A stretch of 64,000 nucleotides of DNA from Entomortierella parvispora E1425. Lineage: Eukaryota > Fungi > Mortierellomycota. Below the pieces are notes generated by a model, which was given only the letters and a program-made list of their open reading frames with translations, was not told the DNA's origin and did no database searches. The translations under genes and the position numbers were made by a program. Below, one piece after another: positions 22,268 through 35,219 of this stretch. The stretch lies in NCBI GenBank assembly GCA_020891255.1, contig BQFW01000006.1, positions 992,001 to 1,056,000 of the forward strand. Direction: 5' to 3'. How positions within the stretch are numbered: position 1 is the first letter of the stretch; each line of letters opens with the position of its first letter.

Positions 22268-23562
22268 CTACTCCTCGCGCTTATCGTCTTCGATCTTTTT
22301 GCTGCTTCCTCCGACCGTTTGACTAGAGGGGTTGGCGGCCAACTCCTCAATACCGCCCACATCCACGATTCCTTTGATCTCTGGGTTTTCAATTGCGTTC
22401 ATGACAGCCCTCGCCAAAGTCTCCATCGCCAAGGGTGGGGTTGAGAGTGCTTGAGCAAAAGGAATGGTGCCGTTGACAGAGCTGCCAAGGATAGAGCTAG
22501 AGATTTGCAAAAGGCCTGCGAGAGGCAGAGTGATAGGTCTCTCAGGTGTCGACAGGAATCCAGGGCGGAAGATGACACTTCTAAACTTGGATGGGTGGGT
22601 CATCAAGTAGGATTCGGCCTCTCGCTTTGTGGTCAAGTAGCGGTTAGGCACCATGGGAGGAGAGAATGCTGCAGAGATGAAGACAAAGGAATCAGCTCCT
22701 TCCTTAGCAGCCTCATCAGCCACAGTGATGGCTATTAATGTTATAGAAAATGGATGTGCCTCCGGCATTGTTAGGAAGAAGTTATCATGGTGGGTCCTCT
22801 ATGCTGTATTTATCACTCAGTGATATCCTTACCAGTGTCGCGGTTGATCCGCTCATAGGTTAGTCCAGTCTTGGGTGCTTTTCCAGGATCCAATGGATTT
22901 TGTCCCTTGACGGCGTTTTCCACGCTCCTGGCAAGACCTTCGACGGATTGACTGTGCAGGATGTCCTTGTAATTGTCCTCAAGCAACATTCCAACAGTGT
23001 GAACGACCGAGTTGACTCCTTTGATTGCATCCTTGTATGAACTGGGGTTCAAGGAATCTCCTTGCGCCCAATTGACCTAATAGATGAATATTACTGTTTT
23101 TATGAGCGACGACATCTCGAACAGAGGCAGAGTCGAGTGTGAGAGAAGAAGACTGGATCCACACCTTTTGAACCCATCCTTGAGGCGCCACAAAGTCGCT
23201 CTTGTTCGTCTCTGTCAACTCTGGCTTTCCGCGTCGACTATTATTGAAAAAGGGAAAGAATAGGGGAGTTCAACGATCCGTTGTTCTCTTTTTGTTGTGT
23301 AGGTTATCTTGTGATTGGTACAACCAATACCTCAAGCTTGTAACATCCCAACCACGGGCAACTGCTTGCTTGCACACTTGAAAGCCTATAGGACAAGGAG
23401 AATAGGATATGTCGTTGAGAACGAGAGCTACAACTCTGGTCGCGGGCAAAACAGGGAGCGACACAAATGATAGAACTGGATTTCTGTCTCCATACCTACT
23501 CCACCGGTGCCTCCGACGACCAGCAACTTCTTGGCAAGGGCTTGTAGAGAGGGAGAGACCAT
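22268..23562 (-). CDS. COQ11: Atypical short-chain dehydrogenase / NAD(P)-binding protein, Coq11 (YLR290C)-like; multi-exon
   Basis: Rossmann segment KLLVVGGTGGVG...VCKQAVARGWDVTSLSRRGKP, then GDSLNPSSYK, VVHTVGMLLE, YERINRDT and YLTTKREAE. Start MVSPSLQ at 23562. Confidence 0.8.
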
Positions 23563-23865
23563 GACGAGGTGAATGTTTTGATGGGATTGATGAGAAGGAC
23601 CTGAATGAAGAGAATGAAGAGAGAATCAAACGCGAGAAGAGTCGTGTTTTTCACCCAAGCGGAGAAGGCCGCCGGTGACTGCGAATCGGATGTGGACCAG
23701 AAAGGGGACAGGAGACAGACGAAGAGAGAGAAAGAGCAAGGCCCCTCCTGGGGGTGTGGCGGGAAGACAGGAATGGACATTGGGCGAGAACGTGCCTGTG
23801 GCCAAGGGTGTGTGTGCGGATGGTGCACAGCGGATGGGCGCGCTGTGCTGGGTTGTATGAGTGAG

Positions 23866-23900
23866 GCAAGGCAAGGCAGGCAAGGCAGGCAAGGCAGGCG
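23866..23900. repeat. Short (GGCA/AGGCA)n tandem repeat in the COQ11/MAF1 divergent promoter
   Basis: gaggcaaggcaaggcaggcaaggcaggcaaggcaggc, directly visible. Confidence 0.7.
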
Positions 23901-24237
23901 TCACGGGGTCAGAGGTCAGATCTCCTGTGGGCTTTGGCTGGGCGGATTGGTCACCTCACCCGTGGGACAAACGAGACTTTCCATCCTTCTCTTCTTCTCT
24001 CTTCTCTTTCTTTTCTTCACTTCCTTACACACACACACACACACACACATACACCCTCACTCTTTTCTTTCTTTCTACCCTACCTACCTACCCTCAATCT
24101 GCCTCTTCTCCACACCATCCTTACTGCGTCTCTTTCGTCTCGTTCTTTTCACTCAACTCCGCTCTGCACAGCGTCATATGAAGTCACGGATAGCCCTGCT
24201 CCCTCTCTCGACTTAAAAAGAACCCAAACCCCACACC

Positions 24238-25619
24238 ATGAAGTTTCTACAAGAGCCAGGAATGGAGGCCATCAATGCCGCCCTCAATTTTGAGACACCT
24301 GAATGCAAGGTCTATGGCCGGGTAGAGCCATACTCTTGTAAGTCAAGGACTCGCTCACAGATGGAGAGAGAACAATGCATGCATTGTCCAAACCCCAGTT
24401 TTTGTTTCGCGGACATGAAACTGCCTTGACTAGGGCCCAAAAAACCAGGAAGGGCCGGATCGACATATTGACCTTGGATATGGAACTGCTTCCGCTCTTT
24501 CTCTGGAACCCGTGGACTCGGCGCAGCAAAGAAGGTCTTCTTCCGGATTCTCCTTTAATTGACGATATGTTCATCCTTCTTGCAGGCAAAGCAGCAGGAG
24601 CCGACAAGAAACTTTACAAGCAGATCGAGGTCAAATACGACCCCTCAAGTCTGATGAGCCCCCCAGACGACGACAGCATTCGGAGCATTATCTCACCCTT
24701 TGGACCCATGAACCAGCCGGCATCACGCAGGACCCTGTTCTACCTGATCGGCACGCTCAATGCGTCCTTTCCAGACTATGACTTTTCGTAAGGACCTCTT
24801 TTTTTTTTGACGATATTATTATTAGAGTTTGAGAAGCCCGTCTGTGTCACGCGGCGCCGCCTCTCTCTTTTTGTTCGAATGCCCTGGATTATGGCGGGGG
24901 AAGAAGAAGAAGAAGAAAAAATCGAAAGAACTAATCGGATATGACTCTTATGTCCATATCGTCATAGGGATACAAAACCGGAGCAGTTCAGGAAAGAGCC
25001 ATCAGTCAAAATTGTCGTCAACTCGATCAACGCCACTCTGTTCAACCACGGGAAGGAGCGCGCGATCAAGGACCTGGCCCTCTGGGACTGGATCGACCAG
25101 GTGATCGACCTGGAAGAATCGGATGTGTACTCGTACAACCCAGAGTCAGACTCTGATCCAAATGATGAAGAAGGCGGTGGCACTTTGTACGATAACCTGG
25201 TCCATTTGTTTTCTGTTTCTCTTTTTCCGCCGATGGTAGTGTTCAGAAGCGTTGCTTGCACTAGAAAGCTAATCATCCAACTCTATATTTGTCGATAGGT
25301 GGTCGTTCAACTACTTTTTCTTCAACAGGAAACTAAAGAAGATTATTTATTTCACGATGCGAGCTGTCAGCTATGGGGCACCTGCTGAAGAAGACGATGA
25401 TGACGAAACAAACAACTTCAACACGGATGATGATGACGAAGAAGGTGGTGTTGGTCATCGTCGGCGGAAGTACGTCCCCAAACCCCCAAACTTGACTCGT
25501 TGCTGAAACTGATGATTTGTCATGGATAAGATCTTAACGGAATTCTTTTACAACAATCTAGAACGGACGACACGGAGGACGACGACTTTGTGGCAGGAGA
25601 GATGGAGATGCAGTTTTAG
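24238..25619 (+). CDS. MAF1: Maf1, repressor of RNA polymerase III transcription; 5 exons
   Basis: Box A MKFL...[18 protein letters not shown], box [22 protein letters not shown], box [12 protein letters not shown]...DVYSYNP...[16 protein letters not shown], and an acidic tail ending EMEMQF* at 25619. Confidence 0.96.
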
Positions 25620-25911
25620 GGCTGCGTGTTTCTACTTCAGCGCTCTCGCTCAAGGATATAGATCATAATAGTAGCAGCAAGCGGGCAGTCCTCTCAGTAA
25701 TGTGGTGAACTCAACCCTTATCCGCCGTTTCGTGAACTGGAAATAAAATTTTCCTTCGAGATCCATCAGAGATCGCCAAAGACTTTTGTATATGAACCAT
25801 GGGGAGTAGATCGTAGAGATCCCCACTTACTCAATATCTACGCTGGTTGCATTCTTTTTTTTTCTTTTGTTTACTGATAGATGCCGACGGAAGGAAGCAA
25901 GGGTATTTTGT

Positions 25912-28900
25912 TCAGATCGGAGGGAGTTCAGGGACAGCACCATAAACTTGTTTGAACGCATCGCCATATTTGGCCAACCATGCCACACGAGCGACACGAC
26001 GTCTTTCAACTCGCTCTTCTTCTGACTCACGCTCATCATCCTCGTCGTCTTCTTCATCGTGATCTCCATCACGTTCGTCGTCATCCTCGTAATCCCCGTC
26101 CTCCTCTTCTTCCTCTTCTTCCTCTTGATTGTCTTCTTCTGAAGATTCGTGATGAGCAACGCCAATGTTGACAGTTGTATCCTTCACTTGGTGGGTGTGC
26201 AAAAGATTCTGATGATCTCGATTCTCCAGTGTCTGCTTCTCCTGTGGGGAAAGACGGCAGGGATGGCTATCAAAAGGGTGATGGACTCCTCGAGATCGAA
26301 GACTGAAAGACCCAACGGGACTCTTGATTGGGCTTTCAACCATGTACACCGGCGCCTGGATCATAGCCTTAGCAGGAACTGCTTGAATTGGGTGAGGTGT
26401 AACACGAACTGGCTGAGGACCAGTGATTGTGCACTGGTTCTGGTAAACCAATGACCGCTGTTGCTGCTGGTACTGCTGATGCTGATGCTGTTGGCAAGGT
26501 TGATGAGGCTCGATAAAGATCATGGAGCCCGTGGGTGAAGGAGAAGGAGTCGAACCCTTGGCAAAAGTCACCTTCTTTCTCTGAGAGGAAGGGGTGCCAT
26601 CAGGCATCAGAGGTCGCTGCTGCCTCGTTTTAGAGGTCGGTGATTTCTTGAGGCAAGACTTTAGAGGGCCCATGGGGGCATTGTTTCGACGAGAAGACTC
26701 GCTGAGGAGACGTTTTTGTTGCTGGTTCTGTTGAGCAGATAGCTTGTCCATTCCTTTCCGATGCAGTTTGGCCACTGTCCTTCCACCGCCGCCGTTGCTG
26801 TTGCCATTGGCCAAGTGGCCATTACTGCCATTGATCCCACGCGTTTGATTCTTGTCATCTCCGTGGTCCCCTCCGTTGCCCACCACAGCTGCTTGACTTA
26901 CGGAAGATAACAGCGTCAGAGCCGAGAGTGTCGTTACAGCCAATGTAAAAGTAGTCGATTGCGGGTTCTGGGGTGATGATGAGGATCCTGATCCAGATCC
27001 GCCGGCCAAATTCAGATTCGAGTTGGATCCGTTAGGAGACGAACTACTTCCCATGGACGTCGACCAAGAAGAACGAAGCAGAGGAGAGGATGAAATAGAC
27101 TTCGCAATCTTGGCTACCAATCCACCCCCGTTGTGGTTGCTGCTGCTGCCTGCGGCGTTGGCCGGCCCATGGTGGTGATGAGGAACAGACAATCCGCTCA
27201 AATCACCATCCTTGGTACTGTTATTGTGGATAGGCTGTGGTGAGTCGATGGGGGCGGCTGCGGAGGTGAGATCAAAGAGCAGTGGCAATGCTGGCGAGGC
27301 CATGACGGTTACTTCTCCGGGTGAGACTTCGGCCTGTATCGTGGCTCTATCCGCTTCATGCGACAAACTTTCATCGCTAGATAGAGCCACCGTTGACAGG
27401 TCCTTCTGGTCAGGCTTGGAGGCATCCAAAAAAGACGTTGATTTTGTGCCATCTATGACGATCCTTGGCAACTCTGGTCCACTATCTCTCTGAAGCACCA
27501 CCACCTTCGCAGCAAGTTCAGTCACAGGACTCGGTACAGACACTTTGCCCTCACCTGCCTCAGGGAGACCTTCAGCATCCGTTGAAGGACTGTCGTTTGT
27601 TTGATCAGAAAACTCTGAAGCCTGCACTTTTGCAGTTGCAAGGACTGTGTCATTGCCTGGATGAGGCATTTCGGCCGACTGAAGCAAAGAGGGGCCCATC
27701 GAAGTCAAGTGCTCCGTGGACACCAGCACACGGAGAATATCGCCCCCAGCTCCAGCGGGGGAAGTAGGGGAGATATCCCCTGTCATAGCTGCATGATCTA
27801 CTGTCTCGACCAGTGCACTGACCGATTTCAGTGGAATGGCCTGCTCTGGTTCCTGATCGATGTCGCTCACTCTGGCCACGCCTTTCGTTTGCACAGGCGA
27901 TTGGGGTGATCCGTTGTTGACTTCCTTTGCAACTTTTTGATCCTCAGGCGTGGCTGTCATAGGAGACACGACCGATTCGGACTGAAGAGTGGCATCGGTT
28001 CTCTTGACCAAAATCGGGACTGGCGGCAAAGCAATCTGAACAGAATTGGAGACGCAACTGATGGCGCCTGAGATGGTCGAGATCCTGTTATGATTGTATT
28101 GGGACACAATCTCGATTGGTAGCTCCAAGAACGCGCCCATCCGGCCCTTGAAGAAGAACTTGATGATGAAGGTGTACTCGACTTTGACCAGTTCTCTGTC
28201 AGTGATTGTCAGGGCAGTTTCCTACAAGAAAGGGAATAGTAAGCCGCCGTGGTATAAAAAAAAACAAGTCTTATCTTTTGAACTTACAGGAAGACGCATG
28301 CTGAGTTTGTACATGGATAGCGACTTTGTCGTCCTAAAATCCTCATAGTCCTCATAATACCCCTTCAAGTGATTGTCATTTGCATGACTCTCCTCAGCTT
28401 GGGCTGGGACATACGCCTTTGCGACTTTCACCACATGAGTATCCACAAGTCGCTTCCTCCTTATTTGTCGCGACTGTTGCTTGGAATCCGATGGAAGCAC
28501 AGCTGGTGACCTCTCGTGAAGGTCTGGTTGATCCTTCTCGTCATTAACGAGAGAATAAATCTGGATCGTTTCCACCAAGGATACCTTGATGTTGACCACC
28601 TTCATCAATTCTGATTTACAGACAAACATGTCCATCGTAACGCTCTCACCTGCTGCCGCTACAGACTTGTCGATATGAGCCCCAAATCCAACTTCATCCA
28701 GTTGCTCGCCCTTCTCATCCTCACGTCTGCTGCTGCGTTTGGAAGATGAATGGTACTCTGGCAGTGCAAGTGAATCTATCCTATCGCCTTGAACGATGGA
28801 TCGTGCGGTTCTTGCATCCGTCGGATCACCCATTGCGGAGAGCAGTTGCTGCTGGGCGGTGGGTGGACCCTGTGATATTGCTGCCATGGCGCCACTTGTT

Positions 28901-30806
28901 GCCGAAATGGATCGAGTCATACCCTGTCGTTGGTGGTAGTATTGTCCTCCCGAGCCAGTTGATGAGCTTAATGACCCTCGACGCCGGTGATGGTACCGTC
29001 CATACCCATGACTGCTACTATACTGATACTGGCTACTTTGACTGGACGTCGCGGGCCCCAGGCCCCAAAGACTGTAAGGTCGTACGGATGCGGTGCCCAG
29101 AACAGAGTTGGACTGTGGGATAACGAAACGAACGCCAGCCTTTGAAGGCGACATCGCTGACTGTGACGTGATTGTGCCCGCAGCAGATGCGGATGAGGGA
29201 GTAGCAGAAAGAGGAGCAACATCATGTGGCGAGGTTACCTTGGAGGCACGAACCTGCACCAGCTCAAAGAGCGAGACGGGAAGGGATTGCTTCAGAATAA
29301 ACACCTCTCGTCCTAGTCGGATATGAACGAGGCTATTGAGAGAATTAAAGAGCTACTAGTTAGAAGTCGCGTTTCACTCTAGGAGCATTTCTTTTCAGAG
29401 GAGGACTTACGCCGTTAATTGGTAATTGATGGAGGCATGGGCACTTTTGAAGGATCCTCCGACTTTTTCAGGCACTCTCATTGCAAAAGGGATCCCTTGT
29501 CGGGTTCCAGGTAGAACATGGCCAGGCTCAAATAAGGGCATTGGTTGATGTTCAGACAATTTGTTGTCATTTGACAAATTGTTCGGGAAGGAAGATAACG
29601 TGTTCTTGCGCGACATTGAAAGTGTGGTGGGTGCGGTGGATGTGATGGAGTAGGGCTGTGAAGACGATGAGGAAGATGTCGATGTTGATGCCGACCCTGA
29701 TGACGCTGAGGAGGAGGATGAATAGGATGACGAAATTGACGATGATGTGGAGGACATTGTTGGAGAAGTTGAAGTGGAGCTCGTAGAGGCAGATGAAGAG
29801 TCCTGAATCCACCTCATCTCTCCTACTGACAGAGATTGTGTTTTCTGCAGGAAACAATGATGGTCGGACTTTGTCCTCAACAGCAATCCATTGCCGGTGG
29901 TCACCTCTAATGAAAATGCGCCGCAAAAATATAGACGTGTTGGGTGAGTGGAGAGGCAATGGGGGCGCTGGAGTGCGTAGGGTTCAATAGGAAACGTAGA
30001 ATTCTACACATACCTTCTATTCCTGCGAGTTCAATTTCGATGTGCTCGACGTTGACCATACTGCTCTCTCTGTTACTCTTACTTCTCTTTCCACTCCTGC
30101 TTTTAGCTCGGTCGGGAGATAGCATCCCATTGGATTCAGCCAGAGCCGGCGATATACGGTGCTTATCTTTCCCCTTGATCTTTTTCAATGCCCCATGATG
30201 GCCCCTGCCAACGACACCCGCGGCGGCCTCTGCAGCGGCTGTTTTCAGTTCCGAGGACAACTCTTTGGCTGTAATAATGAGGAATCCTCTCAATGTCTCT
30301 CCTGCGGCCTTGATGGGCTCAGGCACCTTCCAGTCCACCTTCACGGCTGGATGCTTCTCAAGCATCTTGCATACCCTTGGGTACTCTGTTACGGGAGCTG
30401 AGCCTGTTGTCAGTTCGAATGACGCCACAGGCCTTACTGCCCTCTCTTCTGCTGTCATGAGCTGCGACTGACGATGCAACTCTTGGCTGGGCTGTCGGTC
30501 CTCCAATGGTTCTGAGCAGCCGTCAAGGTGTTTTGTTGCAAAAGAGCTTGTGCGGGGGGTTACGATCATAGGTGTTAAAGGGGAAACTGGGATTGATGTG
30601 ACGGGAGACGATGCCTGGGATTCGTACGACATTGACACGCCTGAGTGGCCGGATGTGGCTGATAAGTGTAAAGAGGGACTGAAGGGGGAAGCATCGGCAA
30701 GCCTGGGTATAGTGTTTGCATAGCCTGGCTTCGTTTTTGGGTGAACGTCGACGGTCAGAGGTGCAACCTTTCGAAGCGGTTGTGGCGACGATCTGGCACT
30801 GATCAT
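25912..30806 (-). CDS. Large alpha-arrestin-like protein; multi-exon
   Basis: Arrestin-N-like segments (AAGETLRGFLII, VEHIEIELAGIE, GIPFAMRVP..VGGSF...INYQLTA) and arrestin-C end (VEYTFIIKFFF...FLELPIEI). One LPEY motif and a long disordered C-terminus. Start MISARSS at 30806. Confidence 0.8.
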
Positions 30807-31279
30807 GACTGAAGTGGAGAAAAGAGTGGCAATGAATTGGTAGGATGGGGCGAGTGATAGGACAATGAGGCGTGCACTTCTAAGGATACCTTGCCAATTG
30901 GCTGAAGAGTTGACGGGACGAGAAGGGCAAAAGAGGAAGAAGAGGAGGAGGGGAGGAGGGGAGGAGGGGTATTCAAGTGGTGGCAAAGAAGAAGGTCGGA
31001 AGAAGGATCTTCAATGCGAACGGTGGAAAGCAGATGGAAGGGAAGAATACGTTGACACTGACGGCCAACGAGCAAGGACTCGCAATCTTTCAAGAGCGCA
31101 CTGCATTTGCGCCGCGTTGTGCCCATACCATTCCAAATGCTAATCCTAGCCAGTTACCCGTCTGCTCAACAGTCGGTTGCATCACACTAGCTAACTCACT
31201 GAGTGGCTTACTGTGCACTCTCTATTACTACCTTTGCGGATTGAGTCTGTTGAATAATTCTCCCGGCAGGGATTGGAAC

Positions 31280-31310
<31 letters not shown>

Positions 31311-31726
31311 GGTTGCTGTGTTACTGCTCTGCCCGCCAGTGTTGTTGGCCTGAAGGATGGAGAAGGGCAAGGGACAACATTATCATGACGGTGTTCACAG
31401 TAACCAGGCTGTGGATCTGTAAGAGAGGGTCAATTGCTTGGCGCACCCTCAGCCTCCGCTGCATAGCACTCAAAGGCCAAGAACCCTGTTTGGTTCTTCG
31501 CATGTAGCATGCAGCCTCAGAACTGGAATACACAGTACACGTGATTCAGGAACAGCGTCTGCGCCGCGCGCACACACCTTAATTGCAATAGCCTCCAGTG
31601 GAGCAACGCTGTCGGTCTAGGGACCATGGCGCGGTTCGCCGCTCAAGAGGACAAAGACCCCCAAAACAGGCAGCAGTTTGTCCATCTGCCAAACTTTTCT
31701 TCCATTCTCCATCTACTCATTTCCTC

Positions 31727-32488
31727 ATGGCCACACGAACATCACAAGCTCCATTCTTTCGTTGGAGGTTGGCCCTCGCTCTGATCGCCACGGTCAATGT
31801 TGCGCTCATGGCTGCCTACTACGGTCTCTCGGCTACCTCGTTTTCAGGAATGGGATACGGACCCCAGCTGTTTTGGGGAAACTGAGCCGAGATAGTTATC
31901 AGCGCCATTTTTTTCTTGAGCTATTGCTATTCAATTTTCGGGAAAGCATTCTTGCATCGCTTCCTTCGCTCGTTCCTCCTGCTTGCTCTGACTGTTGTCA
32001 TTTTGTATGTAGACCTTCAAGAGGTTCATTTTGGACTCTTGGTGTCTGAAGACCACCAGCTTTCCCCTTTTGAATGCGATGGAGACACTATCTGCGGCCT
32101 CTATTGGGCCACTATCTTTGTATCCATTATTCTTGGCTTCTTGGTGATCGTCGATGCGGGTATTTCTCCCAAGCTTGGTCCTCTCGAGCCCAAGGCCTTC
32201 GGCTCAAGAAATCGCAAGAGCTCGCCAACCGTCGTCGTTGTCCCCTCCGTTCAGGATCAGGGACTTGCATACTCTATTCCAAATCCTTACGCCATGCCCC
32301 AGTCGGTCCAAATGCAACCGCAGCCCTACTATCAGCAATCGCCATACTCAACACCGCCAGCACAATTGCAACCAGCCGGCTCTTACAAGCTGGAGATTCA
32401 GGGTCAGGGATACCATCCCCAACTCCTGGCTTACTCTCAGCCATACAGCTCCCAGGGACCTAATGTTCAGCACCAATATCTATACTAA
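31727..32488 (+). pseudogene. Four-TM MARVEL-like gene, array copy 1; single in-frame TGA at 31883-31885, otherwise fully open including the Q/Y/P tail
   Basis: MATRTSQAPFFRWRLALAL...FWGN*AEIVISAIFF...PFECDGDTICGLYW...GPLEP... ORFs 31598..31885 and 31916..32488 are in the same frame. Confidence 0.8.
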
Positions 32489-33004
32489 TGAAAGGGAACG
32501 GTGCACACAGATGCAATTGAGTAATAAACGTACCATCGAAGCTTACCGTGCTGAGAGATTGTACTTTTTCATACTTCTGCAGGTGAACCGTGTGTTAGAG
32601 CACGTTTTCATTGGGCTTGGTAGCACCTTTACTTTAAGTGGCCTTGTCATGAAAAAATATGAAGAGCATGGAGAATAAGAATGGGGCAAAGCGCACACCG
32701 CCTCTCGACAACCTACCGTCTGCGTAAATTGGGGAATGCCTCTCCTCGGTGGGACAATATTCCGGCCTTCTCTTCGGGAGATCATTTTGTGGTCCTTTAC
32801 TTACCTTCCCCCACTTAGCTGGATATCGCAACCTTTGATGGAGGCTACGATAATCTTCCGCCCCTGGCCTTTTTTTTTTTTTTTTTTTGGGATACCTTCA
32901 AGAGAGCGGCGTGGGCATCGGCCAATAAATCCAACTCTAATTTTCTCGACATTTCTTTCTTTCTCTTTTGCTCTCTTGCCTCTTTAATTGTCCACCCATC
33001 CATC

Positions 33005-33736
33005 ATGGTCTCGTACTCAGCTTTCCGTTTCTGGAGGATCGCCGTCGCCTTCATCGCCACGCTCAATTTCATCGCCATGGTCACATACTATGGTCGCTGG
33101 GCCAGCTATAGCTCGGGACTAGGGCTTATAGCGCCGACTCTGTCCTGGAGGGATTGGATAGTAACTGTCATTAGCGTTGTGTTCTTTATCAGCTACTGCT
33201 ACTCAGTCTCTGGGAAACGCAGCCTTCTGCATCGATTCATTCGTGCATTCTTCTTGTTTGCGCTATCAGTGTTGTTGTTGTACGTGAACTTGGTTGCGAT
33301 TCGTTTCGCCCTGCAATTGCAACAGAACATCCCCGATGATATTGCCTTTTCTTGCCATGGCTTTCTTGTCTGCATCCTCAGTTGGGTTTTTGCCTTCATG
33401 TCTATCATTCTTGGTTTCATTGTGATTTTTGACGTGGGCATCACTCTCAAGCTTGGCCCATGCGAACCGAAGTCTGCCACCTCAGGACTCCAGCAGAACC
33501 AGGCGTCCGTAGTCGTTGTGCAGCCTCAACAGGGATACTATCAGCCTCAGCAATATTATACTCCTCAGCCGGACCAGATGCAACAGCAGCAATATCAGCA
33601 GCAATACTACCAGCAGCCAATACAACAGAACTCTCCTCCCCAACAAGAGAGCTCTTTCAAGTACGAGCAGGTGCCACAGTCCCCTATGTATAATCCACCA
33701 TATGGCTACCAGACGCCACCTATCAGATATAACTGA
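33005..33736 (+). CDS. Four-TM MARVEL-like protein, array copy 2 (intact, 243 aa, Q/Y/P-rich tail)
   Basis: Four hydrophobic segments, W-x-D in loop 1, HRFIRA after TM2, FSCHGFLVCILSW (C-x5-C), and a tail containing QQQQYQQQYYQQP. Confidence 0.9.
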   Translation: MVSYSAFRFWRIAVAFIATLNFIAMVTYYGRWASYSSGLGLIAPTLSWRDWIVTVISVVFFISYCYSVSGKRSLLHRFIRAFFLFALSVLLLYVNLVAIRFALQLQQNIPDDIAFSCHGFLVCILSWVFAFMSIILGFIVIFDVGITLKLGPCEPKSATSGLQQNQASVVVVQPQQGYYQPQQYYTPQPDQMQQQQYQQQYYQQPIQQNSPPQQESSFKYEQVPQSPMYNPPYGYQTPPIRYN

Positions 33737-34028
33737 CAATGCGGTAAATAAACACGAACTGAGGCATTTCTCCAGTCGACAAGGACACGTCGACTCTGTC
33801 ATGGTGTGCCAGAAGAAGACAGAAAGGGCTGCAGGGATTGTGTATGTTGGCAAATGGTGACACCAATGACGACGAGACAGTCGAAACGCAAAAAAGTGAA
33901 CCGCGCTCATGTATAAAAGCAAATGCTTGTGCTCTTGCTCCAGAGTCAATTTACAACAAACATCGCCGCCAGATCTCTCTCTTCCCTTTCCCTGCATCCT
34001 ATCCGTTTGTCCCATCCGTTTTACCACC

Positions 34029-34502
34029 ATGGTTTCGCAAATAGCCTTCCGCCACTGGAGACTCGTCGTAGCCCTCATCGCCTTTATCAGCTTCGTCATC
34101 ATGGTGGCCACCTACATTCGCCTCAGTGTCCTGGCTGCAGGACAGATGGAACTTCGCTGGGCCGACTACACCCAGATTATTGTGAACGTGATCTTCTTCC
34201 TCGTCACCTGCCATGGAGCCTTTGGAAAGTCCTGGGGGGTTCCTCGCTTCTTGCGCGCTTTCCTCTTGTTCGCACTCGCCGTCTTGCTTTTGTATGTGAA
34301 CCTAGAGTCCGTTCATCTTGCGATTCAGTTCCCCGTGTTGGGCTTTGGATGCGACTCTAACGCCTTTTGCGAGCTCTTTTGGGCCAATGTCTTTGCATCC
34401 ATCATCAATGGGTTCTTTGTCATCTTTGATGTGATCTTGACACTCATCGTCGGCCCTCTCGAGTCTACTCAAGCTTCCGTCGCCCCCGTCAAGGTTGTAT
34501 AG
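34029..34502 (+). CDS. Four-TM MARVEL-like protein, array copy 3 (157 aa; tail cut by TAG at 34500 and TAA at 34533)
   Basis: MVSQIAFRHWRL...FGCDSNAFCELFW...GPLES. The homologous Q/Y tail is still readable in frame beyond the stops. Confidence 0.8.
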   Translation: MVSQIAFRHWRLVVALIAFISFVIMVATYIRLSVLAAGQMELRWADYTQIIVNVIFFLVTCHGAFGKSWGVPRFLRAFLLFALAVLLLYVNLESVHLAIQFPVLGFGCDSNAFCELFWANVFASIINGFFVIFDVILTLIVGPLESTQASVAPVKVV

Positions 34503-35219
34503 CCTGAAGTTAGCCAGTATACCCCTCAACCATAATACGTGCCTCAGCAGGAACAAACGCAATCCAACCAACAGCAATACTATCAGCAGCAGCCGGCCAT
34601 CACAGTGTGATCCTGGTGTTTATAAGGTTTACCATCTCAACAGCCTCGTTACCTGGCCAAAGCGTACCCCTACAGCCCAAACCTACCTTCACTTTCCCCG
34701 CAGCGCAGCTTGTACAGTACAATACTCTATTTCAAGAAAAAAGAAAAAAGAAAAAACCTAATCGTAATGGAATAAAGCGCCTCAACTTTATCTGCTTCCA
34801 AGATACCATCCCCTCATGACTTGAGCTCTTAGAGTGATCGTCTTGAATTCGCCATGTGTTTCCCGGGCGTCCCCTATAACACCGAACTTCCAAGTACGAC
34901 CGACAATGAGCAAAATGAGCAACAGAGATTGAGCTCACCAAACACATCTTGGTACCTGATTTTTTTAAACATGAAACCTGTGATGCGACAAGACATTCAA
35001 CATGCAAAGAAAAAAAAAAGAATGTGAAGAGCGCTCCTGTTCCAGGTCGCTGGTTTTTGGCCGTATTGACTGTACATGTACTGTAAGTACGGCCACTGCT
35101 GGCGATCTGCCTTAAAAAAAGAAAAAAAAAACAGAGCTAGCTCCTTCTCTTCTTTCCTCTCTTGTCTCCAAACCCCTTCTCCACCATCATCCTGCTGTCA
35201 GTTCATTCCACCTGTCATC

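Noticed and set aside
31883-31885. Selenocysteine reading of the in-frame TGA in copy 1
   Set aside because: The aligned position is W/Y/S/H in the paralogs, not Cys. No redox motif is present and no SECIS was identified by eye.
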